IMG/VR virus record: IMGVR_UViG_3300039037_000056
Coordinates: 1-54,085 of that record
Reading direction: 5' to 3' (one strand)
Source of the DNA: a virus
Lineage: Duplodnaviria; Caudoviricetes
Length of the DNA: 54,085 nucleotides
Part shown: in pieces, positions 11,801 through 22,582 of the stretch
Numbering within the stretch: the first letter of the stretch is position 1
How the letters are laid out: each line of letters opens with the position of its first letter
Notes under the pieces: model-generated
The model's database searches: none
What the model saw: only the letters and a program-made list of their open reading frames with translations
What the model was told of the DNA's origin: nothing
Program-made: the position numbers and the translations under genes

Positions 11801-14800
11801 ATTAGACATGACCATAGAGGTATGAGCACCACCAATGAAAGTAGATCTTGGAGTGTAGGTTAGTTTCTCACGATCACTGAAGAAGTGATCAGAAATTGTG
11901 AATACGCCTGTTCCAAGATTGACTACGGTAGAAATACCAGGATTGAATTGCTTTTCAAATACTGGGACACCGTTGTGCCTAACGTCAAAGTCAACCTTAT
12001 TAGTTCTATCACCATTAATAGAGTCAAACTGAGCAGTTTTTAGTTGTTCGTTTGCAGATCCGTAAGTCAATGTTGCAGGAACATTATTCAAATCTTTCTC
12101 AGTTTGAATGATTTCACTATAAATTTGAACGGTAATATCATCACTAATGTTGGAATCTGGATGGAATATCAGAACGAAATTATTGCCGTTGATATCAGCA
12201 CCAAATGTACCAATACCCATTGTGCTGCCGATAGACAGATGTGGATATTGAACTGTAAAGGCATTTGTGTCATTATGGTTGAATAAGACTTGATGTAATG
12301 CAGAGGTGTTGCCGTAAGACACCTTCGCCGTAGATTTAACTGTAGTTACATCTGACTTATCATAAGTCAGTACTGTAGAAATTCCAGTTCCTGAGAATGT
12401 GGAGAATTTCGTTTCAAGGCGACCCTCTCTAACAGAACTGTCTGGTTGACCACTTGCTTTGAAGGTATGAGTGCCAATTCCAGCACCAACTGTATTAAAT
12501 CCAACAATCCTAGAGCGAACAAGAACGTTGTTGGACTCAGTGTTTTCAAAATTCAACTTAAGAACACCAGATGCAATGTTGCTGGTAAAGGTTCCAATAA
12601 ATTTGGGAGAGTATCCTAAAGTGCTGTTATCAAAGAAGAAGTCTGATCTATAAGTATCAGTTCCATCATGATCAACAAACATATCGACAACCGTCTTGTC
12701 TTTAGTAACAGTGTTAACAAGTTCAATATTTGCAAATAAAGATTCAGTTCCACTTGAGGAACCTTCAAAAACTAATCCTGTAGAACCAACACCAACAGAA
12801 ACATTATTTCCAATCAGATTAACAAATCCGACAGATTGTGTACCAATACCAGCAAGAGTTGTGTTAAAGTTATTCTTTATGAACTTAACATCTAGATCAT
12901 CATTATAAGGATCATCTGGAGTAAGTCTCAGTGAAACATTGTCAAAAGCATCCTTAAATGCTTCAATATTAGCAAGGTCATTTTTTGTATTATGAATAGA
13001 TGCTTTCTCAACAGTGATTAAATCATCATCTTTTGTATTAACAACAATCAATTCAGTTGCCTGAAGATCTTTGCTGTTAGGTTTGATCATCTGAACCAAA
13101 TATCTACTGTACCCATCATTTGAAATAAACTTGTCAATGTCACGATACAGTGTCGTATTAGCATTCTCTTGGTTAGAGAATTGACTATTAAAGTTATCAA
13201 TAGTTAGAACTCTATTAGTCTTACACTCAATATAATCAGAAAGTCTCTTATTTTGGAATTTGATAAACTTAGACTTATTGTTTGAAGTATCAACATCAAT
13301 ACCAAAATCAAAGAAGTTGACCGCATCAACTCTCATCGTAGATCCGTTAGCACTGAGATTGATAATATCAATCAGAGCAGTGCTAGTTGCGGATGTGCTT
13401 GTTGCTGCAGAGACTTTTCCTTCTGATGTAATTCCAGTATCAGCAAAGTTTTTCAATCCAGAGGAATGAAGCATTCTGTTGACAGGGTTTACCCAATTTT
13501 CAAATTCTATTGGACTCTTTATACTGTATGAAAGATTCTGATAATAATCATTGTCTGGTACTACTTGGAAATCTTCATTTAATTTACCAGTATCATTTGA
13601 CCATCCATTATCAGTTTCGAGAGAATAATCAACTTCAAAAATACCTGTGTTTTCATCAATTTTGTTGATAGTCGCTATGGTTCCAGAATTTCTTCCAACA
13701 ATTACATCATTTTTAGACAGTTCGTAGGTTCCATAAACCTTAATTGCATCATTTAGATTATTGGTAACTACCAGGTCTATTTCAGTATAAGTATTTCCAG
13801 ACTTGATGAAGAGTGACTCACCAACAATAAACTCTAGAGGAGTTTGTACAACAGTGAAGGTTGGATAGTTGTTCCTATTAACAAGAGTAGCAAAGGTACT
13901 TTGTCCATCTGTTTGAGCAACACCAGCATTAGTTGCATAAGGAGAAATATCAAATTCAACTTCTGCAGGATTAGTGTTCCTGTATGCAGTTACTTTGAAG
14001 AAATTATAAGAATAGTCTTGAGAATTAAATCCAGTTCCTGTAGTAGATGCTAAAGAAATATTCTCGGCATATACAAAATCATTTACAGCAAATGGAGCTG
14101 TTGCAGTTGTAAATCCGAGTGTTGGAGTTGCAAGAACACAAGTTACTACGCCAGCAGGCGAAGAGAAAACACTATTAACACCAACACCATTACTATTATT
14201 AACTGAAAATACCTTAGACTCCGTATCAGAAAGACCTTTGGGAACATCAAGTGTTTCAACTTCATTGATAGACGAACCCTGTATCTTAGCAATGAGAGTT
14301 CCATTATCATAGGCAGATCCTGTATCAGGGTTGACTAGAACCAGTTCTGGAGGAGAGGTAAATCCAGAACCACCGGAAGTAATTGTTATACCAGAAATAG
14401 TATTTCTATTGATAACTGTAATATTAGGTGAAATATAAACTTCTGGATTGAGTGTCTTATCCGCAGAAAAATCAAATCCAGCATCTTGAATGGTAACTTG
14501 ATTAATTCTACCAAGAGTTGTTGATGTTGGGATAATGTCTGCGTTAATACCTGCAGTAGATGCTATACTTACAAACTTGGGTAATTTCTTGTAACTGGCA
14601 CCACCAAAGGTGATTTCCATTTTGTCAACACCACCAAGAGCTCTTGGTGATGAAGTAGAATACTTGAGTACACTAGTAGAATCTTGATTGTAATCAAGGT
14701 CTTCTGGAACACTCTTAAGAGAAACAGTAAATACGGTCTCACCAACTCCAGTAACACTGTATGTTCCAGAATAAGTGCTATCAATGAAATTAATTTCAGA

Positions 14801-17800
14801 ATAGTTTGTAACTTCAGTATCAGCGGTGCTAATATACCCTGCCTTATCCAGTTGATAGTAAACTTTAGATGGAAGGTTCTTATTGAAATTAAGAGTTACT
14901 GTTGATGCAGTTACTGTATTGGCAATACCAACAGTTCCAACACCAACTGTGCTGAATGTTGTAGAAGATCCAATAGAAACTAATTCATTCTTGAAATCGC
15001 GATCATAATACAGTCTGAAGTTATAACCACTCAATGATGCATCATTTACATTGAATACTAGATTGTTATCTCTAACAACATTCAATCTTGGGTTGATAGG
15101 AGACAATTCGTGACTGGATCCACCGATAGATCCGAAACTAACCACGGTTGGTGGATTAGATAACGCATCAAACTTAGTATTAGTAAGATTGATAGTGTTG
15201 TCATCAATTCTGTAAACAAAGTAAGATCCGGTAGAAAGACCAGATATAATAAGATCAGAGTCATAAAATACCTTGTCACCTGTGCTGAGACCATGCTCAG
15301 TGAGTGTCAATCTATTTGTAGAGGTGGTTACCGCAGCTGAAGTAAATCCGATTGGATTAACAAGTAACTTATCGTTTGCAGAGTTATACTTGAGGTATAC
15401 AGAAACTGATGTTCCAATTCCGACTGATTGTTCTGAGTTTACACTCAGATTTACAACATCACCATTAATAAGACCGTGTGCTGTAGAAACGGCAACTTTT
15501 GCTCTAATTTTTTCTACTTTGGCAGTTACTTGAGTTTTATTTGAGGTAAGAGAATATCTGTAATCTCTACTGTCGGCGTTGGACGTTATATTTCTGAAGA
15601 ACAACCCTTCAGTATTTGTGGTAAGACCAACTTGAGTACAAAGACCAATTATATCATCAGTCTTTTTAACTACAAATAAAGTTTCAGTATTTCCACTTTG
15701 TGGAATACTATAAGTTGCACTAGTATTGCTATTAGAAACAGTAAATCCTTGTGAACCAGCAAATCTTTCAAACGTAACTTGTTCACCAGTCTTGAAAGGA
15801 TGATTTGGTAAATAAATTCCTTGAGTTGGAACAGAAATAGTATAATGACGACTTCCGGTAAAATATCCCTTTGAAGAGGATGCTCCGATAGTAGTACCAA
15901 TACCTACAGATTGAATACTATTAAAGAATACCTTGTCATTTACGGCAGAATCAAAGTAAGGGACATTTACAGGTAAAGTAAACTTACTTGGAGATACAAA
16001 TACATCACTGTTTGCAGTGTGTGCGGCACCTACAATGCCCCTCAATACTCTAATTACCTTTTTGTCTGGGTAAGTACCCAAAACAGATAAAGTCTCTGTG
16101 CCAATGCCTAGAGTGCTACCTACGGAGATAGAGTCAACTACTCTATTAACAAATATATCAGTAACAAAACCAACTGTAGAGTTCGCTGCAGCTTCAACAG
16201 AAAGACGAGTTCTCTCTGACGAAACTCCAATTTTGTGAGACTTTGTTAATCCAGAAATGAACGTGGATAGTCCAGAAACTGCAATTTGATCGTTGTCAAA
16301 ATATTCATGGGATGGATCTACATTGACAGATACTGCTCCACTCTTTTGCCAAACAAGAACTGCATTTTGATGACTTTGAATTGTGGTAGTTACATCAACG
16401 ATAGACTTTCCAGTAACTCTACCGATGTATGCAGAAAGTCCACCACCATTAGTATCAGTATTGTCAAAAGTTGCACTCTCACCAACTCTATAGTTTGTAC
16501 CAGAATTGTTAATAGTGAAACCTTCTACAGATCCCCGTGTAATAGAATCAATAAGGGCACTTTGAGTTAGAACTTCATTTGGTTCAGAAACAAAGTCATT
16601 AGTAGCAAATTTATCTCCAGCAACATATGGAAGAGTATTTCTTCGTAAATCAGAAGAATTGAAGTCAAAGTTCTGATTGATATTTTGAGTTACTGGAACA
16701 GAAGAATAAGAACTACCAATAAAGAATGGGAATTTGCTATTCTTACCATCACTGGTTATTGTGGCATGATAAGCATAAACTCCATTAGGATATTCTGGGG
16801 TTTTGGAATATCTTCCATTATGCTCATCAAGATCACCAGAATCTGTAAACTTGTAATCTTCTACAAAGAATCCAGCATCAAATCCAGATGGTCTATCAGA
16901 AACTTCTGCTGTTGCTAATTCATAACTACTTGACAGAATTTTTATACCAGAGTTGATGTCTGCAGGATCTGTATATGCATAACCTCCATATATCGGATTA
17001 CCATCGTATGCCCAACCAATAATTGGAGAGTGTTCTCCTCCATTATCATTAAATGCATCTGCACCAATAGCAGTTGAATATCCCACCAATCCATATCCAA
17101 GTTTTTCGTTATTGTCAACTAAAACTTCATCACCAAATCTATCATGAGTATTGCAGACTAAATCTCTTACTTCTACATCAACAACGCCGTTAGAACCGGC
17201 AGAAGTTATGATTACTGAAGTAGTATTTTGAACATATCCTGCACCACCAGTAAGAACTACAACGTTAGTAATTTTTCCACCACTAACAATAGCTCTGAGT
17301 TTTGCTCCAACACCATCACCCTCAACTTCAAGATCGGGGGCAGATGAATATTCACTTCCAGTATTAGTAACTTGAACAGAGACAACTTTACCGCCAGAGA
17401 TTAATGGTTTTAACTCTGCGTTCTTACCATTTTTAATCTTAATGTCTGGTTTTTTGTGGAAGTTCAGGATTGTTGATCCATAACCTGTACCAGTCTCATA
17501 CAAGTAAAGATCAACAATCTCACCTCTTACAGATGGAGTTGCTGTGATAACTCCAGATACACCATCAAACTCTGCATTAACTGTGATTGTTACTGGAGGA
17601 TAGGCAAAGTTTTGAATTCCAGTACCCACACCAGTGATGTTAACATGCTGTCTCTTAGTGTAATCAGTTGTATTTGTTCCACCAACTCCAGCATTTGCAA
17701 GTCTGAAAGAATGATCGTCAATCTTCAATACTTGATACTGAACGTTGGTGTTTAATCCAGTTACGGCAGTATTGTCAGTTGTGTAGAGAATTTTATCTCC

Positions 17801-20698
17801 ATCTGAGAATCCATGATTATTGAAAGTAACTGAATTACTGACAGAAGAAATATTTTCAGACTTGACTTTTAATTTTCTGTTCTCATACCCACTTCCAGGG
17901 TTTATTACTTTAATTTCACTAATATTTTTCTTGCCATCAAATAATCTAAATTTATGAATGCCTTGAGAAAACGTGGTGAATCCTACTGTGCTAATACCAC
18001 TTGAGTAATTCTCAAAGGTTTCATACAATTTAATTGTTGTTGTGTTGACAACTTGAGCAAAGTATACAGACCCACTCGCCAACGCTTTGTCTTGGTGAGT
18101 GTTTGAACCACCAAAGGTTCCAATACCAATCGCATTATTACCATTTCTGCTATAGACAATAGCATCACCACTTCTCAGATTGTGTGGTTTATCAAAAGTA
18201 ATAGTATCATCACTATTATTAACACTACCTCCACCAGAGGTTGAACGAGCATCAAACTCAATCTCACGATACCTGGTTTCTAAAATTGGTTGCAGAACTG
18301 CACCAGATCCATTGCCACCATCAATAGTGATAGAAGTAACATCTACCAAATCAAAATCTTGTGGGTCAATTTGTACTTCAGTTACACTACCACGAACTAC
18401 AGGTCTTACAAGAGCAGTGGTATAGGCAGCTCCAGGAGAACCGATTTCAATGGTTGGTGGATTGATTACATCGTAATTTTTACCACCATTGTAAAGTCTT
18501 ACATTTTTAATTGGACCAAAGTAAATCTTATCATTTGACTTATAGTTTACAACTTCAGTGCCATTAATTAACATTCCTGTGGATCCAGGAATAGTTGGTG
18601 TTCCTTTACCGTCCTTGATATTTCTATCTATTGGGAATTTTTTCAATAATTGTTGAGGATAAATTGCCTCACTCTTTTGACTTGCAAGAACAAATTTGTG
18701 TGTGCCTGCTCCAGCAGACGTAAACTCTAAAGAAGATCCTCCCTCAATTAAAGACCTAGAAGCAAAGAGTTTAATTTGATTGGATGCGGACAGCACCTTA
18801 ACGAAGTAAACGCCCTCAGAGAGTCCTACAAGCGTGTCTGAGGATGCTTTATAGAAGACTTCATCACCAGTTACGAAGGGAACTGGTGATGCAAAAGAGA
18901 TAATGCTATATTTTTGTGTTGACGCACTAAATCCTTGAAGAGCACTGCCAGCAGCAGACGCAAGAGTTGCACTCAGAGCAGTCTCACTTATGTCATATGA
19001 AGGTAAGGAGTTTGAAGCAACGTATGCATGAGTATCATCTGTATATACATTCTGAACATCAGTCGTGACGGTGTTATCGCCATAGAACAATGGAGTACCG
19101 CTACTGGTAGCGGTTTCAACTTTTCTCCTAATTGTGTAGATTGTTGTGGAATTAGCAGTAAATCCTACAAGGTTGTTGAGGGTGATTTGCTTGTTTACAG
19201 CACTAACTGTAGCGACTACAGCGTTCGCATGGAGAACAGTTTCCGTAGATCCACTTAGAATATCTACAGTATCTCCGACTTTAAGGCTAGATTCATCAAT
19301 TTCACTCTTCAATTGAACTGTGGCACCATTGATGCTTTCTACATCAAATCTACAACTTGTGTTGTAAATCCAACTATTAGCAAATATTTGCTTATCGGTT
19401 TTATTGAGTTCTGGATTTTTGATTCTTTCACCAATATTTTTAACGAATATCTTTTGTCCTTCGTTAGACAATAAGATATCATTCGTCGCTTTAAATTTAG
19501 AAAGAACACCACCAATACGAACTTCTACTTTCTTGGAAATATCACCATCTTCATAACCAATGTAGACTTCATCAGTTCTAAGTTCTGTTGATGGGGTAAT
19601 AGCAGTTCCAATACCACTGCATCCAAGAAACTGGTTTACAGTTTTATCTGTATATTCAATCGTATTTCTTCCAGAAATAATCTTTCCAGTCTGAGCAAAC
19701 CCAACAGTAGAATCAACAGTAACTACAGAGGCACCGACACTGACTGTATTTACTACTCTTGTAGCAGGTTGAACCTTAAAGGTCCCCTCAATAAGATCTC
19801 TATCATCAAAACCTACAAATAGTCCAAGTTTATAATATGTGCTAATTCCAGAGCGTGTGAAAATTTCTACCTCAGATACTGAAGCTTGAGTAGCACTGTC
19901 AGTAGATTTTCTAATTGTTTGTCCGACTAACTTATTCGGATCACCAGAAACTCTCTCAACAACAACCTCTTCTCTTCTTCCAAACTTTGCTGCTGAGGGT
20001 TTTACTAGATAATCTTCTAAATCAATTACTTTAGGATCGACACCATAAAGAACTTTGAAGAGAATCTTGAAAGAATCCTCTGTTCCTTTTGATTCGTATA
20101 AACTTCTTATCTCCTTGACAAAGTTATTAACATCTAAATCATCTACAAAATCAACATCTTCAAGACCAGGAGCAAAAGAATACTTTAACTTTCTATAAAA
20201 TTCCTTGAGAAAAAGAGCACTGAGGTTCTGTACTATAGAACCATTAGCATGAACTCCCTCTGAAGTGTCGCTGAATACTAATTCTTCTGGATCAAGAGAA
20301 GAACGATATGAAGAAATGCCACTAAAACCTCTAATACATCCAGTAAAAGAAGTTGCAGTTTTTCCAGTATATGTTATAATTTCATCATCAATCTTAAACA
20401 GACCATATTCATCAGGAAATCCTTTGGTTGTAGAAACCTGAACTGTATCGGCAGTAGAAGAAATTCCAGCAGTCAAACTGGTATATCCAGTGACAACCTC
20501 TGGTGTAAGGTTATCAAATTTAAGATACTGGTCTAAGTTCTCAACAATATCAGTAGCACCGCCCTGATGTTCTTGAGAAATATAATATTGCTTCAGAAAG
20601 TCAATAGATTTTGGACTTTCGGATCTAAGAAATTCGGGTAACTGACTTTCAATTACTTGCTGAACCTTTACCCTTCTTTCAAAGCCTGTTTGTATCAT
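8825..20698 (-). CDS. gp7: Baseplate wedge initiator gp7, 3957 aa, multidomain
   Basis: Located between gp6 and gp8. N-terminal QLPEFL..FLKQYY and LYESKGTEDSFKILFKVLYG motifs, and a DNDYYQNLSYSIKS...HSSGLK motif. Confidence 0.82.
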   Translation of the reverse strand: MIQTGFERRVKVQQVIESQLPEFLRSESPKSIDFLKQYYISQEHQGGATDIVENLDQYLKFDNLTPEVVTGYTSLTAGISSTADTVQVSTTKGFPDEYGLFKIDDEIITYTGKTATSFTGCIRGFSGISSYRSSLDPEELVFSDTSEGVHANGSIVQNLSALFLKEFYRKLKYSFAPGLEDVDFVDDLDVNNFVKEIRSLYESKGTEDSFKILFKVLYGVDPKVIDLEDYLVKPSAAKFGRREEVVVERVSGDPNKLVGQTIRKSTDSATQASVSEVEIFTRSGISTYYKLGLFVGFDDRDLIEGTFKVQPATRVVNTVSVGASVVTVDSTVGFAQTGKIISGRNTIEYTDKTVNQFLGCSGIGTAITPSTELRTDEVYIGYEDGDISKKVEVRIGGVLSKFKATNDILLSNEGQKIFVKNIGERIKNPELNKTDKQIFANSWIYNTSCRFDVESINGATVQLKSEIDESSLKVGDTVDILSGSTETVLHANAVVATVSAVNKQITLNNLVGFTANSTTIYTIRRKVETATSSGTPLFYGDNTVTTDVQNVYTDDTHAYVASNSLPSYDISETALSATLASAAGSALQGFSASTQKYSIISFASPVPFVTGDEVFYKASSDTLVGLSEGVYFVKVLSASNQIKLFASRSLIEGGSSLEFTSAGAGTHKFVLASQKSEAIYPQQLLKKFPIDRNIKDGKGTPTIPGSTGMLINGTEVVNYKSNDKIYFGPIKNVRLYNGGKNYDVINPPTIEIGSPGAAYTTALVRPVVRGSVTEVQIDPQDFDLVDVTSITIDGGNGSGAVLQPILETRYREIEFDARSTSGGGSVNNSDDTITFDKPHNLRSGDAIVYSRNGNNAIGIGTFGGSNTHQDKALASGSVYFAQVVNTTTIKLYETFENYSSGISTVGFTTFSQGIHKFRLFDGKKNISEIKVINPGSGYENRKLKVKSENISSVSNSVTFNNHGFSDGDKILYTTDNTAVTGLNTNVQYQVLKIDDHSFRLANAGVGGTNTTDYTKRQHVNITGVGTGIQNFAYPPVTITVNAEFDGVSGVITATPSVRGEIVDLYLYETGTGYGSTILNFHKKPDIKIKNGKNAELKPLISGGKVVSVQVTNTGSEYSSAPDLEVEGDGVGAKLRAIVSGGKITNVVVLTGGAGYVQNTTSVIITSAGSNGVVDVEVRDLVCNTHDRFGDEVLVDNNEKLGYGLVGYSTAIGADAFNDNGGEHSPIIGWAYDGNPIYGGYAYTDPADINSGIKILSSSYELATAEVSDRPSGFDAGFFVEDYKFTDSGDLDEHNGRYSKTPEYPNGVYAYHATITSDGKNSKFPFFIGSSYSSVPVTQNINQNFDFNSSDLRRNTLPYVAGDKFATNDFVSEPNEVLTQSALIDSITRGSVEGFTINNSGTNYRVGESATFDNTDTNGGGLSAYIGRVTGKSIVDVTTTIQSHQNAVLVWQKSGAVSVNVDPSHEYFDNDQIAVSGLSTFISGLTKSHKIGVSSERTRLSVEAAANSTVGFVTDIFVNRVVDSISVGSTLGIGTETLSVLGTYPDKKVIRVLRGIVGAAHTANSDVFVSPSKFTLPVNVPYFDSAVNDKVFFNSIQSVGIGTTIGASSSKGYFTGSRHYTISVPTQGIYLPNHPFKTGEQVTFERFAGSQGFTVSNSNTSATYSIPQSGNTETLFVVKKTDDIIGLCTQVGLTTNTEGLFFRNITSNADSRDYRYSLTSNKTQVTAKVEKIRAKVAVSTAHGLINGDVVNLSVNSEQSVGIGTSVSVYLKYNSANDKLLVNPIGFTSAAVTTSTNRLTLTEHGLSTGDKVFYDSDLIISGLSTGSYFVYRIDDNTINLTNTKFDALSNPPTVVSFGSIGGSSHELSPINPRLNVVRDNNLVFNVNDASLSGYNFRLYYDRDFKNELVSIGSSTTFSTVGVGTVGIANTVTASTVTLNFNKNLPSKVYYQLDKAGYISTADTEVTNYSEINFIDSTYSGTYSVTGVGETVFTVSLKSVPEDLDYNQDSTSVLKYSTSSPRALGGVDKMEITFGGASYKKLPKFVSIASTAGINADIIPTSTTLGRINQVTIQDAGFDFSADKTLNPEVYISPNITVINRNTISGITITSGGSGFTSPPELVLVNPDTGSAYDNGTLIAKIQGSSINEVETLDVPKGLSDTESKVFSVNNSNGVGVNSVFSSPAGVVTCVLATPTLGFTTATAPFAVNDFVYAENISLASTTGTGFNSQDYSYNFFKVTAYRNTNPAEVEFDISPYATNAGVAQTDGQSTFATLVNRNNYPTFTVVQTPLEFIVGESLFIKSGNTYTEIDLVVTNNLNDAIKVYGTYELSKNDVIVGRNSGTIATINKIDENTGIFEVDYSLETDNGWSNDTGKLNEDFQVVPDNDYYQNLSYSIKSPIEFENWVNPVNRMLHSSGLKNFADTGITSEGKVSAATSTSATSTALIDIINLSANGSTMRVDAVNFFDFGIDVDTSNNKSKFIKFQNKRLSDYIECKTNRVLTIDNFNSQFSNQENANTTLYRDIDKFISNDGYSRYLVQMIKPNSKDLQATELIVVNTKDDDLITVEKASIHNTKNDLANIEAFKDAFDNVSLRLTPDDPYNDDLDVKFIKNNFNTTLAGIGTQSVGFVNLIGNNVSVGVGSTGLVFEGSSSGTESLFANIELVNTVTKDKTVVDMFVDHDGTDTYRSDFFFDNSTLGYSPKFIGTFTSNIASGVLKLNFENTESNNVLVRSRIVGFNTVGAGIGTHTFKASGQPDSSVREGRLETKFSTFSGTGISTVLTYDKSDVTTVKSTAKVSYGNTSALHQVLFNHNDTNAFTVQYPHLSIGSTMGIGTFGADINGNNFVLIFHPDSNISDDITVQIYSEIIQTEKDLNNVPATLTYGSANEQLKTAQFDSINGDRTNKVDFDVRHNGVPVFEKQFNPGISTVVNLGTGVFTISDHFFSDREKLTYTPRSTFIGGAHTSMVMSNGSVLPSTVYAIKVNNDEFKLATSKTGAAVTFNSAGSGNGHTLEMEKKLEKSLITIDGVSRSPLAFTPINYTLSNNGGSIAIGATYFGISGISSILPGDVLKVDNEFVKVNAVGLGTTTIGPITGSGSFNVVKTERGYVGTLATTHTDGSVVRLFRGSYNMTRSKIHFTEAPRGNTQELVDNSNIPFHKSTFNGRVYLRNDYATNQVYDDITRQFTGIGATYRLTVGGANTTGIETGSGLVFINNMFQTPTTDNNTGGNYSFTESGGVSNIVFTGVKDSNDDLVISETDVNKNQLPRGGMIVSLGSTQGLGIAPLVGASVTAFVSGGVIQSIGAGATDILGSGYRGSVAIGITDPNHTGNAAAVTVTVGAGGSLAFNVTNGGTGYSFNPTINIPSPSYENLEITGVSRLGQGATTDTGSGLLLNVEVGAAITAVGIGSTLFEVKNFKIARNGYGFRIGDKFKAVGLVTAKGLPAMVNEPEFEVLDIFNDKFAAWQFGELDYIDSISDLIDGSRVRFPLNYKGELLSFEVDKNNPDSSVIDLEAVLLIYVNGVIQQPNVHYQFVGGTSIVFTTAPTANDNIDIFFYRGTRGTDSVSVNVNTSVESGDILQMQKTDNSLAQDPRTIYNINNSDKVETNIYAGLGIDDTNFKPLSWIKKKVDQRLGGELVDKSRDSIEGQVYPTARVIGDISASATEIFVDDAQFFNYEENESSINITSVNGLLVNTSTEHVSAAVTAVVSATGTISSLDVTEEGAGYSGSATLKIAAPKAVGVGVGTTATGTVAIVNDFINSASVTNAGFGYTRTAPPQVLVSAPALSVETLTGITAVAGFAATITGISTAVGTGGNALALAFSFTASSTTGLQEGYPIFVKNTSVGNGVRSINGSDNSIVAIGTTFLDNVYIINDLHLTATTGVATCNILSTTTHAGLTTTGSLTVPQGTLSWGRLSGFTRASSPIAIGVTGLRVDAGLSTFPTIQRRGFGLRDNGSLRKDLG

Positions 20699-20700
20699 TC

Positions 20701-22581
20701 TTATCCTCTCTTAAGTTCTCCGTTTAGGTAACTTGAAGTAACTTTATAACCGACGCCAGAGATCTGTTCGCCAGATGTAATAGTATCTTTAATCATATTT
20801 ATCTCACTATCGGCAACCGAGAAAGATAGGTAAAGGTCCTTCAAACCGATAACATCATTAGAATCAGGGACTGCCTGAATCTCAATAATATTATTTTCCT
20901 TGACTGTAGATGAGAATGTTATTGTATTCAGTATAATTTCTCCTTTGATGTAATCAACCGTTCCTGCCGACTTGATTACAACTTCATATTCACCATTTTC
21001 ATTCCTTTCTTTAACTACAGAAATAACTCCTTTACCATTTTCTCCTGGAGTATCGGTAAAATAGAATATTCCACTCCTTCCAGAGAGTCCAAATCCTGTG
21101 CTCTTAATATTGAACCCATTTTTATCCATACGGAATTTATTTCCGTAGCAAAGTTCATACTGTGCGGAGGTATTAATCAATGTTTTCAGATTTCTTCTGA
21201 TTCTGACTCTTGTGATATTGGAGGTAATAGCATTATCAGTGCTATCAATGGTTTGACACAATTTACTGTATTTGAAGCGTCCACCAAACTGATTAATGTT
21301 AGCTGTGGCAAAAGTATTCAGTGTTGAGGAAACTTTTGACTTCAAATCATTGACATTTGAGACTTTTGCGTTATTGTAGTAGACTGCAGAGTCAATTTCG
21401 ACAAAAAGTACCTTAAGATCAACAATTTTTTGATTTATACCCGATAAAGAGTAATTTTTGAGTTTTGTGGCGATGGATTGTTTGTCAAAATCGGAAACAA
21501 AGTCGCCATTTTTGGGTTTGATGCTAATAATGACGTTTCCAAACTCAGGTGGGTCCAATTCTTCGCCACCAACAACTGAAACTGACTCAGTATTTGGGTA
21601 AATTGACTGAATTATCGCCTCATAGTCGCGAGCAGTGACTGCACGATACTGTGAAGAGTAAATTCTTGGTGCAAAATACTTAATTGAGTCAATACTCTCA
21701 ATTTCTCCACCATTTGATGCAGAAATATTTGTTGTGACGGTAATTGAATCTGATATAGTGATTATATTTCCATTATTATCAGTGACTCTTCCAGAATATG
21801 AAAAACTTTTCGCTCCATTTCCATCAATACCGTCTGTAGTGATGTAAGAAACAGTGATTATCGCGCCATTTTCTAATTTTTTACCAAAATATCCGTCACC
21901 AAAGAGAAGTTCATACTTTTCATCTTGAACTTCTTGTAAAAGGTAGATTTCAGAGTTTTTATTGAGGTTTAAAATGTTCTGAGCTAGTTCATATTCTCTT
22001 CCTTCACCAGAATCTGATGCTCCTTTAACTTTTACTACGATTGTAGAAGTATCAATGAAAGAATTTTGTAAAATAAATCGTTGATCTAAGGAACCATCAA
22101 CGACAAATTGCTTTTTAAGGTATGTTCCTTGAATAATATCAATTTCTTTAAATGATGCCGTCCCAGAATTGATTGTTGTCGTGATATCTTCAGGTATTGA
22201 GAAGATAAATTGACTTTCATTTGCTCTCCCTACGCACACTAGACCCGCCTCTAAGGTCATTGTAGGTGATGTGCTGGTAGTTTGTACGTTAAAACTTACG
22301 TTCGCCTTAGCGGCGCTTCTGGAGCGAGGTACATAACCAATATTTCTTGCCAAAGAAACAACATTTTCTCTCAAAGTTGCCGAATCCAAGAAGGATTCGT
22401 TTACAATCATGTTTGAGTTATAGGCAGTAATGTAAGTATTATATGCTAACGTGTCAATTAATACAGAAAAATTAGATCCCTCAAAATCAAAGTCCGTAAA
22501 CGCAGAGTTTGCACGGAGATAGTCTTTGATTTGGGACCTAATTTGGTCAAAATCTAGGTTTGTAAATTTAGTAAAAGGCAT
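20701..22581 (-). CDS. gp6: Baseplate wedge subunit gp6
   Basis: LDFDQIRSQIKDYL..FTDFDFEGSNFSVLIDTLAYNT, ESFLDSATLRENVVSLARNIGY and RAVTARDY motifs. Confidence 0.93.
   Translation of the reverse strand: MPFTKFTNLDFDQIRSQIKDYLRANSAFTDFDFEGSNFSVLIDTLAYNTYITAYNSNMIVNESFLDSATLRENVVSLARNIGYVPRSRSAAKANVSFNVQTTSTSPTMTLEAGLVCVGRANESQFIFSIPEDITTTINSGTASFKEIDIIQGTYLKKQFVVDGSLDQRFILQNSFIDTSTIVVKVKGASDSGEGREYELAQNILNLNKNSEIYLLQEVQDEKYELLFGDGYFGKKLENGAIITVSYITTDGIDGNGAKSFSYSGRVTDNNGNIITISDSITVTTNISASNGGEIESIDSIKYFAPRIYSSQYRAVTARDYEAIIQSIYPNTESVSVVGGEELDPPEFGNVIISIKPKNGDFVSDFDKQSIATKLKNYSLSGINQKIVDLKVLFVEIDSAVYYNNAKVSNVNDLKSKVSSTLNTFATANINQFGGRFKYSKLCQTIDSTDNAITSNITRVRIRRNLKTLINTSAQYELCYGNKFRMDKNGFNIKSTGFGLSGRSGIFYFTDTPGENGKGVISVVKERNENGEYEVVIKSAGTVDYIKGEIILNTITFSSTVKENNIIEIQAVPDSNDVIGLKDLYLSFSVADSEINMIKDTITSGEQISGVGYKVTSSYLNGELKRG
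20796..20802 (-). promoter_or_regulatory. Putative late promoter (ATAAATA) for gp7, inside gp6
   Basis: ATAAATA about 100 nt upstream of the gp7 ATG. Confidence 0.45.
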
Positions 22582-22582
22582 A

